A DNA stretch of 64,000 bases from Candidatus Multivoradales bacterium (GCA_965248925.1 CBDFLE010000006.1:2464001-2528000), one strand, 5' to 3'. Counted from the stretch's first letter, positions 29,986-39,840 are shown. Translations and numbers: made by a program. Notes: a model not told the origin generated them from the sequence alone.

Positions 29986-30948
29986 CTAGCGGCTCTCCAG
30001 CTGCAACTCGACTTCGAGGTTGCCTTCCTCGGCAATCGTCACCAGCTGGCGCTGGGTGGCGTAGCCTGGCCGCACGACTTCGAGACGGTGCTCGCCCGGC
30101 TCTACCACCAAACCCGCGCTGAGCCCGGCCAACTCATCGGCGATACCGAGAAAATGACCGTCGAGATAGATCGCGGCATCCGCCGGCCGAATATCGAGCA
30201 ACAAGCGGCCGACCGGGCGGGCGGCTCCGCGCCGCGGCTCCGCCGTTGCCTGGCGCTGGCGCTCGCGACGCTCGCGGCGCTCACGATTGACGGTCGATTT
30301 CGACACCAGATCTTCGGGCCGCACCGACTCTCCGGCCTCCATTCGATCCTCGATATCGATCACCACGCCGGGATAGATCGTCATCTGGCGTGCCAGGGTC
30401 TTGTAACCCTCTTTGTAGATCACCAGGTCATACGTGCCCTTGGGCAACCACAGAAACTCGGGAAAACCATCGAAGTTGTCGGCAATTCCAAGGCGATTGC
30501 CGTCGAGATAGACTTCGGCTTTCTCCGGCCGCACGTCAAGATCCAAGGCGCCTTTTCCCTCACCGCTGGCATAGCGACCTCGGCCAAGAACGTAGGGACC
30601 GTAGCCATAGCCGCTGGAGTACGGCGAGTAGTGGTAGTAGCTGCTGTGGTGCGGACCGTAGTAGGAGAAATAGGGATAGCCCACACCATAGTGGCGGTAG
30701 TGGCGGTAAGTTCGATAACCGCGGTAGTTCCGGCTGCTGTGGTGAGACCTGTAGTGGGAACGGGTGCCATGCTGAGCCCGCGCGGTGCCTCGCTCAACCG
30801 AGGTTCGAGTGCGTGCCGCCTGGCGACTGCCCGCGGCGGCCAAAGCCGTACCCGCCAGCGAGCCGGCGAGCAGGAACATCGCCGCCAGCGGCCCCAGAAA
30901 TCTTGGTTGGCGCCGGCGGCGCTTCGTTGCAGTGCCCATCGTCGTCAT
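29986..30948 (-). CDS. Exported PEGA-domain protein with Tyr/His/Gly-rich N-terminal region
   Basis: Two repeats (VRPEKAEVYLDG..GY; IRPADAAIYLDG..PGEHRLEVVRPGY), signal peptide. Confidence 0.8.
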   Translation of the reverse strand: MTTMGTATKRRRRQPRFLGPLAAMFLLAGSLAGTALAAAGSRQAARTRTSVERGTARAQHGTRSHYRSHHSSRNYRGYRTYRHYRHYGVGYPYFSYYGPHHSSYYHYSPYSSGYGYGPYVLGRGRYASGEGKGALDLDVRPEKAEVYLDGNRLGIADNFDGFPEFLWLPKGTYDLVIYKEGYKTLARQMTIYPGVVIDIEDRMEAGESVRPEDLVSKSTVNRERRERRERQRQATAEPRRGAARPVGRLLLDIRPADAAIYLDGHFLGIADELAGLSAGLVVEPGEHRLEVVRPGYATQRQLVTIAEEGNLEVELQLESR

Positions 30949-30951
30949 CGG

Positions 30952-31887
30952 TCAATCTCCTTCGACCAGCCTTTCCCGTTCCGGCCAAGCCCGGTGGAGG
31001 CCGCTCAAGTAGTGGTAGCGAAGCACCTCCTGCCACAAGCTAGGGGTGTGAAGAGGCATGCGTTGCAAGGCGCGCGCCAAACCCTCGAGCAGGCCCTGGC
31101 GGTGGGCGGACGGAAACGGCGGCGGGCCCTCGGGGCCCAGTCCTAGAAATGGCCCCAGCTCGGGATGCAAACGGTGAAAAACCACCGCCGAGTAGCCCGC
31201 CTTCTCCTGTCGGCCGGTGAAGCGCTCAAGGTCCGTCGGATGATCGTGGAACACCTCCGCGGCTGGCTCGTATATCAACCTCAAGCCTCTCTTCTGCAAG
31301 CGATAGCTGAGTTCGATGTCCTCCCAAGCGGCATACGGAAAGCGCAAATCGAAGGGCTCTTGTAACAAAAGCTGCCGTTCCAACGACAAGTTAGAAGTGT
31401 AGAAGAAGTTGAACGGCACATTTTCACGGTCGTCGATCAGAGCATAGCCGAATTGCAGACCATACTCATTGATGTAGCGCAGGAAGGGATTGAGGTGCAT
31501 GCGCGAATGCCAAGCGGTATAGCCGATCACCGCCAGATCTTCCCCCGGCCGTTGGAGATGGGCCTGATGGTGGGCGGCAAGCCATCCAGCGGACGGGACG
31601 GTATCGTCCCCGAGAAAGGCCACCCAGCGCCCCTGAGCTGCTTCTACGCCGCGGTTGCGAGCCGCTGCAGGTCCACCGTTGGGCTGCGACAAGATCCGGG
31701 CAGGCATCTGCCACGAACGCTCGGCAAGCCATTCTCCGGTGCCGTCCCGAGAGCCGTCATCAACCACCACAATCTCAAAGGGGGGCGCCTTTTGCTGCTG
31801 CTCGATCGCCAGCAGAACCTCGGCCAGCACTTCCAAGCGGTCGAAGGTCGGCACGACGACCGAGAACAGTGGCTGTTGCTTCGGCAC
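30952..31887 (-). CDS. Glycosyltransferase family 2
   Basis: SVVVPTFDR, VVDDGSRDGT, GPAAARNRG, FLGDD, WEDIEL. Confidence 0.92.
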   Translation of the reverse strand: MPKQQPLFSVVVPTFDRLEVLAEVLLAIEQQQKAPPFEIVVVDDGSRDGTGEWLAERSWQMPARILSQPNGGPAAARNRGVEAAQGRWVAFLGDDTVPSAGWLAAHHQAHLQRPGEDLAVIGYTAWHSRMHLNPFLRYINEYGLQFGYALIDDRENVPFNFFYTSNLSLERQLLLQEPFDLRFPYAAWEDIELSYRLQKRGLRLIYEPAAEVFHDHPTDLERFTGRQEKAGYSAVVFHRLHPELGPFLGLGPEGPPPFPSAHRQGLLEGLARALQRMPLHTPSLWQEVLRYHYLSGLHRAWPERERLVEGD

Positions 31888-31938
31888 CTATTTTTCTCCA
31901 GCTTCGAATAACCCGCGGCACATGCCGTATAGCATAGT

Positions 31939-32583
31939 GTGGAACACCAGATGATTTTCTCCAAGCCCGCTATGACTCCATTGTCGGCAAATCCAGAAGC
32001 CGACCTGGTTTCCCGCGCACGCGAAGGAGACAGGGCCGCCCAAGAGGATCTGGTTCGCCAGTACCGCAAGTCGGCCTATTTCCTCGCCTTGCAATTGTTG
32101 GGCAATCCGGACGACGCCTTGGACGTGACTCAGGACGCTTTGCTGCGCTTCCTGACCAACTTGCACCGCTTCGACATTGGGCGACCGGTCAAGCCTTGGC
32201 TCTACCAGATTGTTCGTAACCGGGTCACGGATCTACGGCGCCGCCAACGGGTGCGCCGCCACGACTCGATCGACGTGATCGTAGAAAACCGTCCGCGCTT
32301 GGAGCTGGTCGACCACAGTGTAGACCCGGAACGCGATGCTGGCCAGGCTCAGCTGCGCCAGCGGGTGTGGAAGGCTCTAGGGCAGCTGTCGGACAAACAG
32401 CGGGAGATTCTGGTGTTACGTGACTATCAGGATCTTTCCTATGCCGAGATCGCCCAGACTTTGTCGATTCCGATCGGCACCGTCATGTCGCGTCTGCACG
32501 CCGCCCGTAAGCGGCTTCGCGATCATGTGAACAAAGATCTGCGGTCGCTCAATCGCTGGACAGAGGAGAGGGTGCGCAAATGA
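31939..32583 (+). CDS. ECF RNA polymerase sigma factor
   Basis: DALDVTQD region 2, WLYQIVRN, LSYAEIA..IPIGTVMSRLHAAR region 4. Confidence 0.95.
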   Translation: MEHQMIFSKPAMTPLSANPEADLVSRAREGDRAAQEDLVRQYRKSAYFLALQLLGNPDDALDVTQDALLRFLTNLHRFDIGRPVKPWLYQIVRNRVTDLRRRQRVRRHDSIDVIVENRPRLELVDHSVDPERDAGQAQLRQRVWKALGQLSDKQREILVLRDYQDLSYAEIAQTLSIPIGTVMSRLHAARKRLRDHVNKDLRSLNRWTEERVRK

Positions 32584-33017
32584 CGTCATCCCAGCCATTC
32601 GACGAAGAGCTGCTCTCGGGCTATCTCGATGGCGCACTCAACCAGGCAGAATCGCAGAAGGTGCGCCTCTGCCTGGAGAACGATGCTGAAGCTCGAGCCT
32701 TGTTCGAAGAAATGAAGACACTGCGCGCGGCCACCTCGTCGACCCGCTTCAAAGCGCCCGACGACGACGCTTGGCCCGAGTTGCCCCACACTCTGCCAGG
32801 AAAGGCCACGCGGCCCCTCGGTTGGATCGTCCTGACCGCCTGGCTGCTGGTGGTCGGCAGCCTGGCCCTGTGGCGTTTTCTGACCGCTAGCGGCAGCCCA
32901 TTGGAAATCTTCTTGACGCTCGGCTTGCCGGGCGGCTTGGTGCTGCTTTTTGTTTCGGTGCTCAGCGACCGCCTACGCGAACTCAAGTCCGATCGCTACC
33001 GGGGAGTGAAGCGATGA
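32580..33017 (+). CDS. Membrane-bound anti-sigma factor
   Basis: LLSGYLDGAL N-terminus, two TM helices, coupled to the sigma gene. Confidence 0.8.
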   Translation: MTSSQPFDEELLSGYLDGALNQAESQKVRLCLENDAEARALFEEMKTLRAATSSTRFKAPDDDAWPELPHTLPGKATRPLGWIVLTAWLLVVGSLALWRFLTASGSPLEIFLTLGLPGGLVLLFVSVLSDRLRELKSDRYRGVKR

Positions 33018-33334
33018 TTCTGACGACCACTGAAACGGTCGCCGGCAAGCGGGTGGTGCGAACCCTCGGCCTGGCCCGCGGCCTGTCTATCCGCAGCCGG
33101 CACGCCGGCAAGGACATCATGGCGATCATGCGCGGTTTGGTCGGCGGCGAGATTCACGAATACACCAAGATGATGGCCGAGTGCCGCGAAGAAGCGCTCG
33201 ACCGGATGGTGCAAGAAGCCGAAGGACTCGGCGCCAACGCGGTGATCTGTCTGCGTTTCGCCACCGCCGAAGCGATGCGCAGCGCCGCCGAGCTGATGGC
33301 CTATGGCACCGCGGTGGTGCTCGAAAACGATTGA
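33014..33334 (+). CDS. YbjQ/UPF0145-family protein
   Basis: LTTTETVAG, GLVGGEIHEYT, GANAV..RF, AYGTAV. Confidence 0.92.
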   Translation: MILTTTETVAGKRVVRTLGLARGLSIRSRHAGKDIMAIMRGLVGGEIHEYTKMMAECREEALDRMVQEAEGLGANAVICLRFATAEAMRSAAELMAYGTAVVLEND

Positions 33335-33343
33335 TCCAGCACC

Positions 33344-34699
33344 CTAGACTTTCATGATCTGATCCAGGCGACGACGCTTGATGGGCAGATCTTTGGGCAG
33401 CCATTCGGCAAACGCCTCGGTGGCGAAAAGCCGCTCGTCGCCGGGATAGGTAGGCACCAGATAGAGCGGAAAGCGCTCGAAAATCTCCAGGTCCGAACGC
33501 TGGCGACGAGCCTGAACCACCCGTCGCTTGGCCGCCGAGCGGTCGAGGTTGCCCAACAAGTAGGTCAGTGCGCGCAACTGCGCCACGGTGCGGCCATCGG
33601 TGAGGGCCGCGGTACCGGGCGCTAGCCGGCTCCGCGGCGACGGCAACAGGCTGCGCTTCGCTTTGGCCAAACCCCGGCGGACGAATTCCTTTGAGCCGTA
33701 CTGCCGCCACTTCTCGGCTAGCCCTGACCCCTTCGCTTCTATTTCTGCCGGCTCACCGGCCAGCAGCGCGGATTCACCTTCGAATACCGTCTCTTGCCGA
33801 CTTTCGCGGCAGGTGTTGGCGATCAAGCCGGCGTAGGGATCGAAGGTCAGCTGCTCACCGCCTGGATTCGACTGCACCATCATCGTCTGAGTGCGGTGCA
33901 TCAGGGTCAGCTGCACCGCCGGCATGATTTTCTGCCAGAGCCCCTCTTCGTAGTTCTTATATGCGGTCAGGAAAGCGTTGCGCTCGAACAAGAAGCCGCG
34001 ATTGTTGTGCCCCAGCAGATCACTGGTGGCCATTGAGCGATGGTGCACCACCGCCTCGGGAGCCAGCAACACTCGCTCGCCACCTGACCACAGCCGCCAG
34101 CCAAGATCGACGTCTTCCAGATAGGCAAAGTAGTCCGCGTCGAAGCCGCCAGCGGCGAGATAAGACGAGCGCCGGATCAGCATGTTGCCACCACAGGCGA
34201 AGGCCAACTCGCTGCCAGCGGCGGGAATCTGCACCTGATCGAGGGGTTGGCCAAAATCGAGTTGGAAGGCATGGCCATCAAAGGTCATCGCAGCACGAGC
34301 AAAGTCCAGGCGCTCGCCAGCCCAATCGACAATCTGGCCAGACACCGCCGCCACATCCGCTGGAGCTGAACGCAGCCCGTCGACCAGCGCCGCCAGCCAC
34401 TCTGGTCGCGGTCGAGTATCGTTGTTGAGCAACGCCACGGCATCACCGCTGGCCTCGTCGATCAAGCGGTTGTTACCGGCGCAAAAGCCCAGATTGTGTG
34501 GACTCTCGATCAGCCGCACCTGCGGATGGTGCTGGCGCACCCATTCCACGGTGCCATCGCTGGAGCCGTTGTCGAGCACCAGGACTTCCCACTCCACCCC
34601 AGGGTCGATCTGCTGCCGCAGTGCCGGCAGGCAGACTTCCAGATGGGCTCGACCATTCCAACTGAGAATGGCGACGGAGACCTTGTCGATGCGACTCAC
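33344..34699 (-). CDS. Glycosyltransferase family 2 (rhamnosyltransferase-like)
   Basis: LDNGSSDG, NLGFCAGNN, LLNND, YLEDVDLGWR. Confidence 0.92.
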   Translation of the reverse strand: MSRIDKVSVAILSWNGRAHLEVCLPALRQQIDPGVEWEVLVLDNGSSDGTVEWVRQHHPQVRLIESPHNLGFCAGNNRLIDEASGDAVALLNNDTRPRPEWLAALVDGLRSAPADVAAVSGQIVDWAGERLDFARAAMTFDGHAFQLDFGQPLDQVQIPAAGSELAFACGGNMLIRRSSYLAAGGFDADYFAYLEDVDLGWRLWSGGERVLLAPEAVVHHRSMATSDLLGHNNRGFLFERNAFLTAYKNYEEGLWQKIMPAVQLTLMHRTQTMMVQSNPGGEQLTFDPYAGLIANTCRESRQETVFEGESALLAGEPAEIEAKGSGLAEKWRQYGSKEFVRRGLAKAKRSLLPSPRSRLAPGTAALTDGRTVAQLRALTYLLGNLDRSAAKRRVVQARRQRSDLEIFERFPLYLVPTYPGDERLFATEAFAEWLPKDLPIKRRRLDQIMKV

Positions 34700-34765
34700 G
34701 ATTTTATTGGGGTCCAGATTGAATCGGGCTGCCGGATAGTACCAGCCGCGCGACGGCCGGAGAAG

Positions 34766-36025
34766 CTAGCGCCGAAACCGCCGCTGGAGCCACCGGCGGG
34801 CGCGAAATGAAAGACCGTCGGCAGGTGCTTCGGTGGCTGGGCGGAAGGCGAAATCTTGCTTGGACCCGTCGCTCCGGGGATTGACACAGAAAGCCACCAG
34901 AGGCGCCAAGACCCGCTCCCAGGCAAAGTCGCTCAGCAGCAGCCGGGCAGCCTCCTGGTGAGCCTGATCGAATCCTCCGTCATCGAGAATCTCGACGAAG
35001 GCCCGCTGCAAGGCCGCAGGGTCGGACGGTGGTACCACCCAACCCGCGCCCTGCTCTTGCAGCAAGCGGCTCATCGCCCCCCCTTCGGTGGTGACCACCG
35101 GGCAACCGGTCGCCAGGGCCTCGAGAAAGCGGGTACGCAGCGACAAGCGGGTCTCGAGAGTGATCTGGTGAGTACTGACCAGCAGGTCGACATCGCGCAG
35201 TAGATCAAAACGACGAGCTGACGGGATCCAGTCGAGGGCTTGCACTCGCTGCCCCCACAGCTGGCGCTTTTCACACCATTTGCGAACCTGCTCAAAGAGC
35301 TTCTGCGGCGTACTCTCGGGATTGGGATTGCGGATGAAGAGCAGCGTCCAATCGTCACGCTCCGCCTGCTCGATGACCCGCAGCACCGGCCATGGATCGT
35401 ACCAATCGTAGAGCCCGCCAAAAAGCAGGCGACGCTCGCCCGGAGCCCGCTCGCCAAGCAGCGGACGCGATGGTGGCAAGGAGTCCGGCACCCCGAAGGG
35501 CACCGCGGCGATCAAGCGTTCAAGGTCCGGGTCTTGGCCGACGTTGTGTGGGTTCACCCGGCCAAGCGCCGCCAGGAACCCGAGATAGAACTGCCGCTGC
35601 TCGTCCGAAGAGCAGAGGAAGAAGTCCCCTCGCGAGAGCTGCAACACCCAGGTTGCATGGTCGTTGCGGTAGGGGTCGAGTCCGAGATTCTCCACGTAGT
35701 GCAGATTCTCGACCAGGAACGGATCGTAGAGATCCACCGCCACCGGCAGCTGCGGCAACTCGATCAGCAGGTCATTAGCCAGCTGGCCCTGAGCGACCGC
35801 GGCATCGCAATCCGCCAACAGCTCAGCCAAACGACCGCGCTCGAAACGGCGCACTTCGAAGTCCGCCCCCTCAGTCTCGGGAACCTCCGCGGGATCCCCC
35901 GAAGTGACTAGTACGACTTCCAAACCGGATCGCGGCAGCCGCCGCGCCAGTTCCAGATAGCGAATGCCGATACCCGCCATCTGCGGCCGGATCGGCTCGC
36001 TCGACAGCAATGCCACCCGGCTCAC
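34766..36025 (-). CDS. Glycosyltransferase family 4
   Basis: MAGIGIRYLELA, DLYDP, RTRFLEALATGCPVVTT. Confidence 0.85.
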   Translation of the reverse strand: MSRVALLSSEPIRPQMAGIGIRYLELARRLPRSGLEVVLVTSGDPAEVPETEGADFEVRRFERGRLAELLADCDAAVAQGQLANDLLIELPQLPVAVDLYDPFLVENLHYVENLGLDPYRNDHATWVLQLSRGDFFLCSSDEQRQFYLGFLAALGRVNPHNVGQDPDLERLIAAVPFGVPDSLPPSRPLLGERAPGERRLLFGGLYDWYDPWPVLRVIEQAERDDWTLLFIRNPNPESTPQKLFEQVRKWCEKRQLWGQRVQALDWIPSARRFDLLRDVDLLVSTHQITLETRLSLRTRFLEALATGCPVVTTEGGAMSRLLQEQGAGWVVPPSDPAALQRAFVEILDDGGFDQAHQEAARLLLSDFAWERVLAPLVAFCVNPRSDGSKQDFAFRPATEAPADGLSFRARRWLQRRFRR

Positions 36026-37938
36026 GACTTACGCCTTTGCCACCACTCGTGCAAACGCCAAGCACGGCTGGCACGCATGGTCTCCAAGATGCTACCGAGA
36101 CGCTCGATCTCACCATAGGTGCGGCCCAGATGCCCGCCCTGGTCATCGATCTTGGCCCGCAACTCGGCGATTTCCCGAGCGCCGGCGCGCAGCTCCTGGT
36201 CTCGCGTCCGGACCTCTCGATCACGGCGGTGTAGCTCGCGCTCGTGGGCGCGCAGCTCTTGCTTGAGCTTCCCCACCTCGTCGACCAGGCTGTGGTTGTG
36301 GATTTCGAGGTGGTCGGCTCTACCCTGCTGTTCCTCTCCCTGGCGGCTGGCTTGGCGCAACTGCTCTCGCAAGCGGCCGGCGGACTCCGCTTCGGTCACC
36401 GCCTCAGCCCGCAAGCGGTCGACAACCCGAGCGATGAGCTGACCGTCGTGATGCTCGGCATGCTTGCTCACCACCCGCGCTTTGACTTGCAGAAAATCAG
36501 CCCGCTGACGGGGTTGATCGGCCAGGATATGGTGGCCGGCACCGCGGAAATGACGGTACTCGCAAGTTACCCGTGGGCAGTGATGAAAAGGGGTCTGCCG
36601 CGCCAAACGGATCAACAGATCCCAGTCTTCGAAGAACGGCAGAGAAGTATCCAGCGGCCCAACCTGGTCGAGCAGGCGGCGTTCGATCAACAGGGTGTTG
36701 AAGGGGATATAGTTGTCGAACAGCAGCAGATCGCCATCGAAATCACGGCTGTAGGGCAACCGGCGCTGGCGACAGACCCAGCCGGAGCCCGCTTGCGGCT
36801 CGCCGGATAGCTCATACACCCCCACCGCCGCATCAGTGTAGGCCACCCGCACTCCAGCCCCCGCCACCAAAGCCGCCAGCACCGCCAGGTGCTCGGACTC
36901 CACCAGGTCGTCGTCATCGAGAAAGGCGATGTACTCACCCTTCGCCACCTCGATTCCAGCATTGGCTGCGGCGGCGCGCCCTCCCTGCCGTGGCAAGTCA
37001 ACCCGGCGCAGCTCAAGCGGATAGTCGGCCGGCAACTCGGGAGGCTCGCCGGCATCGTTGACCACCACTACCTCGACCCGGCGATAGGTGCTGGCCGCCA
37101 AACTGGCCAACGCCTGGTCCAGCAGCTCGGGTCGATTGCGCGTGCGTACCACCACCGACAGCCGAGGGCCCTGATCGACGGCCGTATACTCCGGCGTACC
37201 ACCCAGCTCGGTGACCAGACGACCATGACCCGAAGTTTCGAAATCTGCCGCTGAAAGCTCACGATAAGCCTCCACCGCCGGATGGCCAGGCGCCAGACTC
37301 AAACCACGGAAACGCAGCAGTCCGAGGCAAGCACCCAGGTAGTCGTGACGCTGCTGCTGGCTGACGTAACAAGCCATCGCTTGCTCGATTTGCGGCAGCT
37401 GCGCACCAACATCGATCAGCAAATCCGGATAGAGAGGCTGATTGACCTCGTAGGTGAGCACCCTCAAAGATCTGGCCACCACGGCCAAGAGATTGGGAGA
37501 ACGGGTCCCACTGAGCAGGTGGTGTACCGCCGCGAACGCCGCCCGGTGGTCAGCGCTGACCTCGAGGGGTGAAGTCACTAGCAGTAACTCGGGTCGCTGA
37601 CTGAGCAAGGCGCGGCGAATCCCCGCCTGCAACTCTTCGAGGTGCTGCTCCAAAGCGCCATCGGGCAGCAATAGCTCGTCAAAACCGGCGACGCCTAGCA
37701 CCTCAAGGGCGCGGCGAGCCTCTGCCTGGCGCTGTTCGACATAGTCTTGGCGGGCGGCTGGCGTCGCCCCGTGACCGCCGTCGGCAAGGAACAACACCCG
37801 CACCACCGCTCCAGCTGCGCTCAGCTGCGCCACCAACCCACCACAGCCCAGCACTTCATCGTCATAGTGGGGAGCAAGCACCAAGGCGCTCCGCGCATGG
37901 ACCTCAGCGGTCTTTCCCGGGGGCGAGAAGGGGCTCAT
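36022..37938 (-). CDS. PIG-L deacetylase + GT2 + C-terminal coiled-coil fusion
   Basis: APHYDDEVLGCGG and ADH (PIG-L); VVVRTRNR, FLDDDD, FEDWD (GT2); heptad region ending ASRAWRL. Confidence 0.88.
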   Translation of the reverse strand: MSPFSPPGKTAEVHARSALVLAPHYDDEVLGCGGLVAQLSAAGAVVRVLFLADGGHGATPAARQDYVEQRQAEARRALEVLGVAGFDELLLPDGALEQHLEELQAGIRRALLSQRPELLLVTSPLEVSADHRAAFAAVHHLLSGTRSPNLLAVVARSLRVLTYEVNQPLYPDLLIDVGAQLPQIEQAMACYVSQQQRHDYLGACLGLLRFRGLSLAPGHPAVEAYRELSAADFETSGHGRLVTELGGTPEYTAVDQGPRLSVVVRTRNRPELLDQALASLAASTYRRVEVVVVNDAGEPPELPADYPLELRRVDLPRQGGRAAAANAGIEVAKGEYIAFLDDDDLVESEHLAVLAALVAGAGVRVAYTDAAVGVYELSGEPQAGSGWVCRQRRLPYSRDFDGDLLLFDNYIPFNTLLIERRLLDQVGPLDTSLPFFEDWDLLIRLARQTPFHHCPRVTCEYRHFRGAGHHILADQPRQRADFLQVKARVVSKHAEHHDGQLIARVVDRLRAEAVTEAESAGRLREQLRQASRQGEEQQGRADHLEIHNHSLVDEVGKLKQELRAHERELHRRDREVRTRDQELRAGAREIAELRAKIDDQGGHLGRTYGEIERLGSILETMRASRAWRLHEWWQRRKS

Positions 37939-38112
37939 AGGGTAGTAGAGGGATGGCGAGCGGAACTGGGCCTTGGAAGTGACGAACGGTTAGCGCCTAG
38001 AATCGCGGCAGCGCACCAAACTGTAGATGATCAATGACTCGCCCGAGTATACCCTTACGGGGTGACGGCCGAACAGCGACCGCCGAACGGTAGTGGCCTA
38101 AGACTGTGTGGG

Positions 38113-38410
38113 CGGTGTGAGACTTGTCGATGAGAATCCATCGCGCTCCGCAGTTGCAGCCACGAAGCGTTCGAGTGAACACGCTGTTTGATTCCCCACA
38201 ACACCCTAGAAGGGTTACAAGTGCTTCAGTCTCCCTGCAAGAAGACCGCCGGGCACCCTGTGGTTATGCCCCGTTCCCTAGCGTGAACGGTGGGGCTGTT
38301 TCCGGCCACGCCTCACGAGGTTGCCCACATGAGACGAACCCGCGGGTTTCGCGAGTCTCCTCATCAGGAGCCCTCCTTTCAGCGCTGCGCCCCTCGATTG
38401 GGGCACTAAG
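38113..38410 (-). ncRNA. Candidate structured non-coding RNA in the outer element
   Basis: No convincing ORF; run of stems whose G-U pairs form only on the minus strand. Confidence 0.3.
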
Positions 38411-38450
38411 ACTCTACTACGGCCCACCGAGCGCGCTATTCATCCTCCTG

Positions 38451-38524
38451 TAGAATTCTCCGCACCACCACGGCGCGGCTAGGTTAGCCACCAAGCACCG
38501 GGCACCCGCCCCGGCCGTCGCGCC
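38451..38524 (+). repeat. ~70-bp conserved motif, copy C (also at 44083-44151 and 45624-45692)
   Basis: TAGAATTCTC..GGCGCGGCTAGGT..CCGGG..CCGG..GTCGCGCC. Confidence 0.65.
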
Positions 38525-38552
38525 CCTCAACCGGGAGCATCACGGGGGATGC

Positions 38553-38961
38553 TTGGCGAATCGGAACAAGTACAGCGAGCACGAGCTGTGGCAGGTCGTC
38601 GAGTTGATCCATAAAGGCTTCGACATCCGAGCTGCTGCGCGTGAGGTCGGCGGCTGGAATGGCCAACAAGGGAGACCTCAAGAGATACGAACGGCGTCTC
38701 CGCAAGGCGTACTATCGGCGGAGAGCTACCGGCTCACTCTCCCTAGAAGACCCTAAGTGGTCTTCTCAAGAAGAGGCTATTCGGAGATCGTTCAGAGCCA
38801 ATGACAGCCATCGTACAAAGTGTCTTGAACAGATGGCGAGAGCTGAACGATGGCGAGAGCTGAACGTGAAGCGGCTGAGATCGGCTTCTCGCTGGAAGGC
38901 GCAGAAAAAATTCTGTAGCAATCTCTATACCGAGAGCTTGAGTCCTACACCGATCTCGTAA
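38553..38961 (+). pseudogene. Possible frameshifted small HTH DNA-binding protein
   Basis: YSEHELWQVVELIHKGFDIRAAAREVG (psq-like HTH) continues plausibly as GDLKRYERRLRKAY in another frame near 38660. Confidence 0.3.
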
Positions 38962-39129
38962 ACGCAAGCCCAAGCGGCACAGCAGAGACGATGTTGAACA
39001 GCGAGGCGTCTGCCGAAGATGGCATCCGCCGACTTCGTGAGGCTCGTGTGGGGGCCCGCTAGCCTCACAGAGAAGATTCGGATCCTGTCGGCCTACCTCG
39101 AAGCCAAGCGCTACGTAGGTGCTGTTAGC

Positions 39130-39249
39130 GGGAAAAATTCCTCCACAGCTAATGGGGAACAAGTTCCAGGGCTTGGAGAAGAATCAGCCTAAGCCGGGGA
39201 ACAATTCCTGTTTGCCGGGGACAAATCCCGGCATCGCCAGGGACAAGCC
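39130..39249 (+). repeat. Array of ~6 GGG(G)A(A)CAA-NTCC-like motifs at ~21-bp spacing (iteron/operator-like)
   Basis: Copies at about 39130, 39154, 39175, 39196, 39217 and 39239. Confidence 0.55.
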
Positions 39250-39321
39250 TGTTGAGGTAGCCGCGCAAGCTCTTTGATTACAGCAATTAGGTTTTACAGG
39301 GCATCTTGGTGTGGCGTAGAA

Positions 39322-39360
39322 CTAGAAAGCCGTAGCGATTAGAGCGCTACGGCTTTCTAG
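39322..39360. repeat. Perfect 16-bp inverted repeat (CTAGAAAGCCGTAGCG / 7-nt loop)
   Basis: Directly visible. Confidence 0.9.
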
Positions 39361-39570
39361 AACCCAGGTGCAAGCACCGCACGAGGTTCCAGCAGGAATA
39401 GCCTACTCTGTGGCGGAGCTGTGCCGCAACCCCAAGAGGGTGAAGCATGGCCGACTGGAAGAGCATCAGAACGCGGCAACGGTGGCGGGTCTGGTGGCCC
39501 TTGCTGCCGCGTTCCTGGATACCGCCCGGCGGCAGTTGCCGGGTCCGACCCCCGCCTCTGTCGCCAGCCC

Positions 39571-39744
39571 TCACTCCTCAGCAGAATCGATCTTCAGCGC
39601 CCGCGCTTTCTCCAGGGCCGCCGAGATCATGTAGCTCGTCCGGTTGAGCCCGAGTATCTCGGCCGCTTCGTCAATCCGCTCGATCTGCTCGTCTGAGCAC
39701 CAGAGCTGCACTTTCTTTGTCTTCTTGGCTTTCTCTCCACTCAT
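39571..39744 (-). CDS. Ribbon-helix-helix (DUF1778/CopG-like) regulator of the outer element, 57 aa, not in the ORF track
   Basis: MSGEKAKKTKKVQLWCSDEQIERIDEAAEILGLNRTSYMISAALEKARALKIDSAEE; TTGACC-18-TAATCT promoter 7 nt before ATG. Confidence 0.8.
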   Translation of the reverse strand: MSGEKAKKTKKVQLWCSDEQIERIDEAAEILGLNRTSYMISAALEKARALKIDSAEE

Positions 39745-39840
39745 GAGCACCAGATTACTCCCAAGAGACTCCTGGGGTCAACCTGAATTACTCCTATTCG
39801 GAGTATAAACCTGCCTAAATGGTTGAGAGATACTCCTGCG
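39745..39840. promoter_or_regulatory. Divergent rhh/tnp promoter region with 5 TACTCC/GGAGTA-type boxes
   Basis: ATTACTCC, GACTCC, ATTACTCC, GGAGTAT, ATACTCC. Confidence 0.6.

Noticed and set aside
38325-38375. Hammerhead-like CTGATGA..GAAAC..GTC on the minus strand
   Set aside because: Stem II has only one pair and no stem I forms across the cleavage site; an alternative CTCCT/AGGAG hairpin explains the sequence.
38113-38410. Group I/II intron, RNase P, tmRNA or omegaRNA identity for the structured region
   Set aside because: None of the diagnostic core motifs could be placed, and there is no RT, IscB or TnpB gene nearby.
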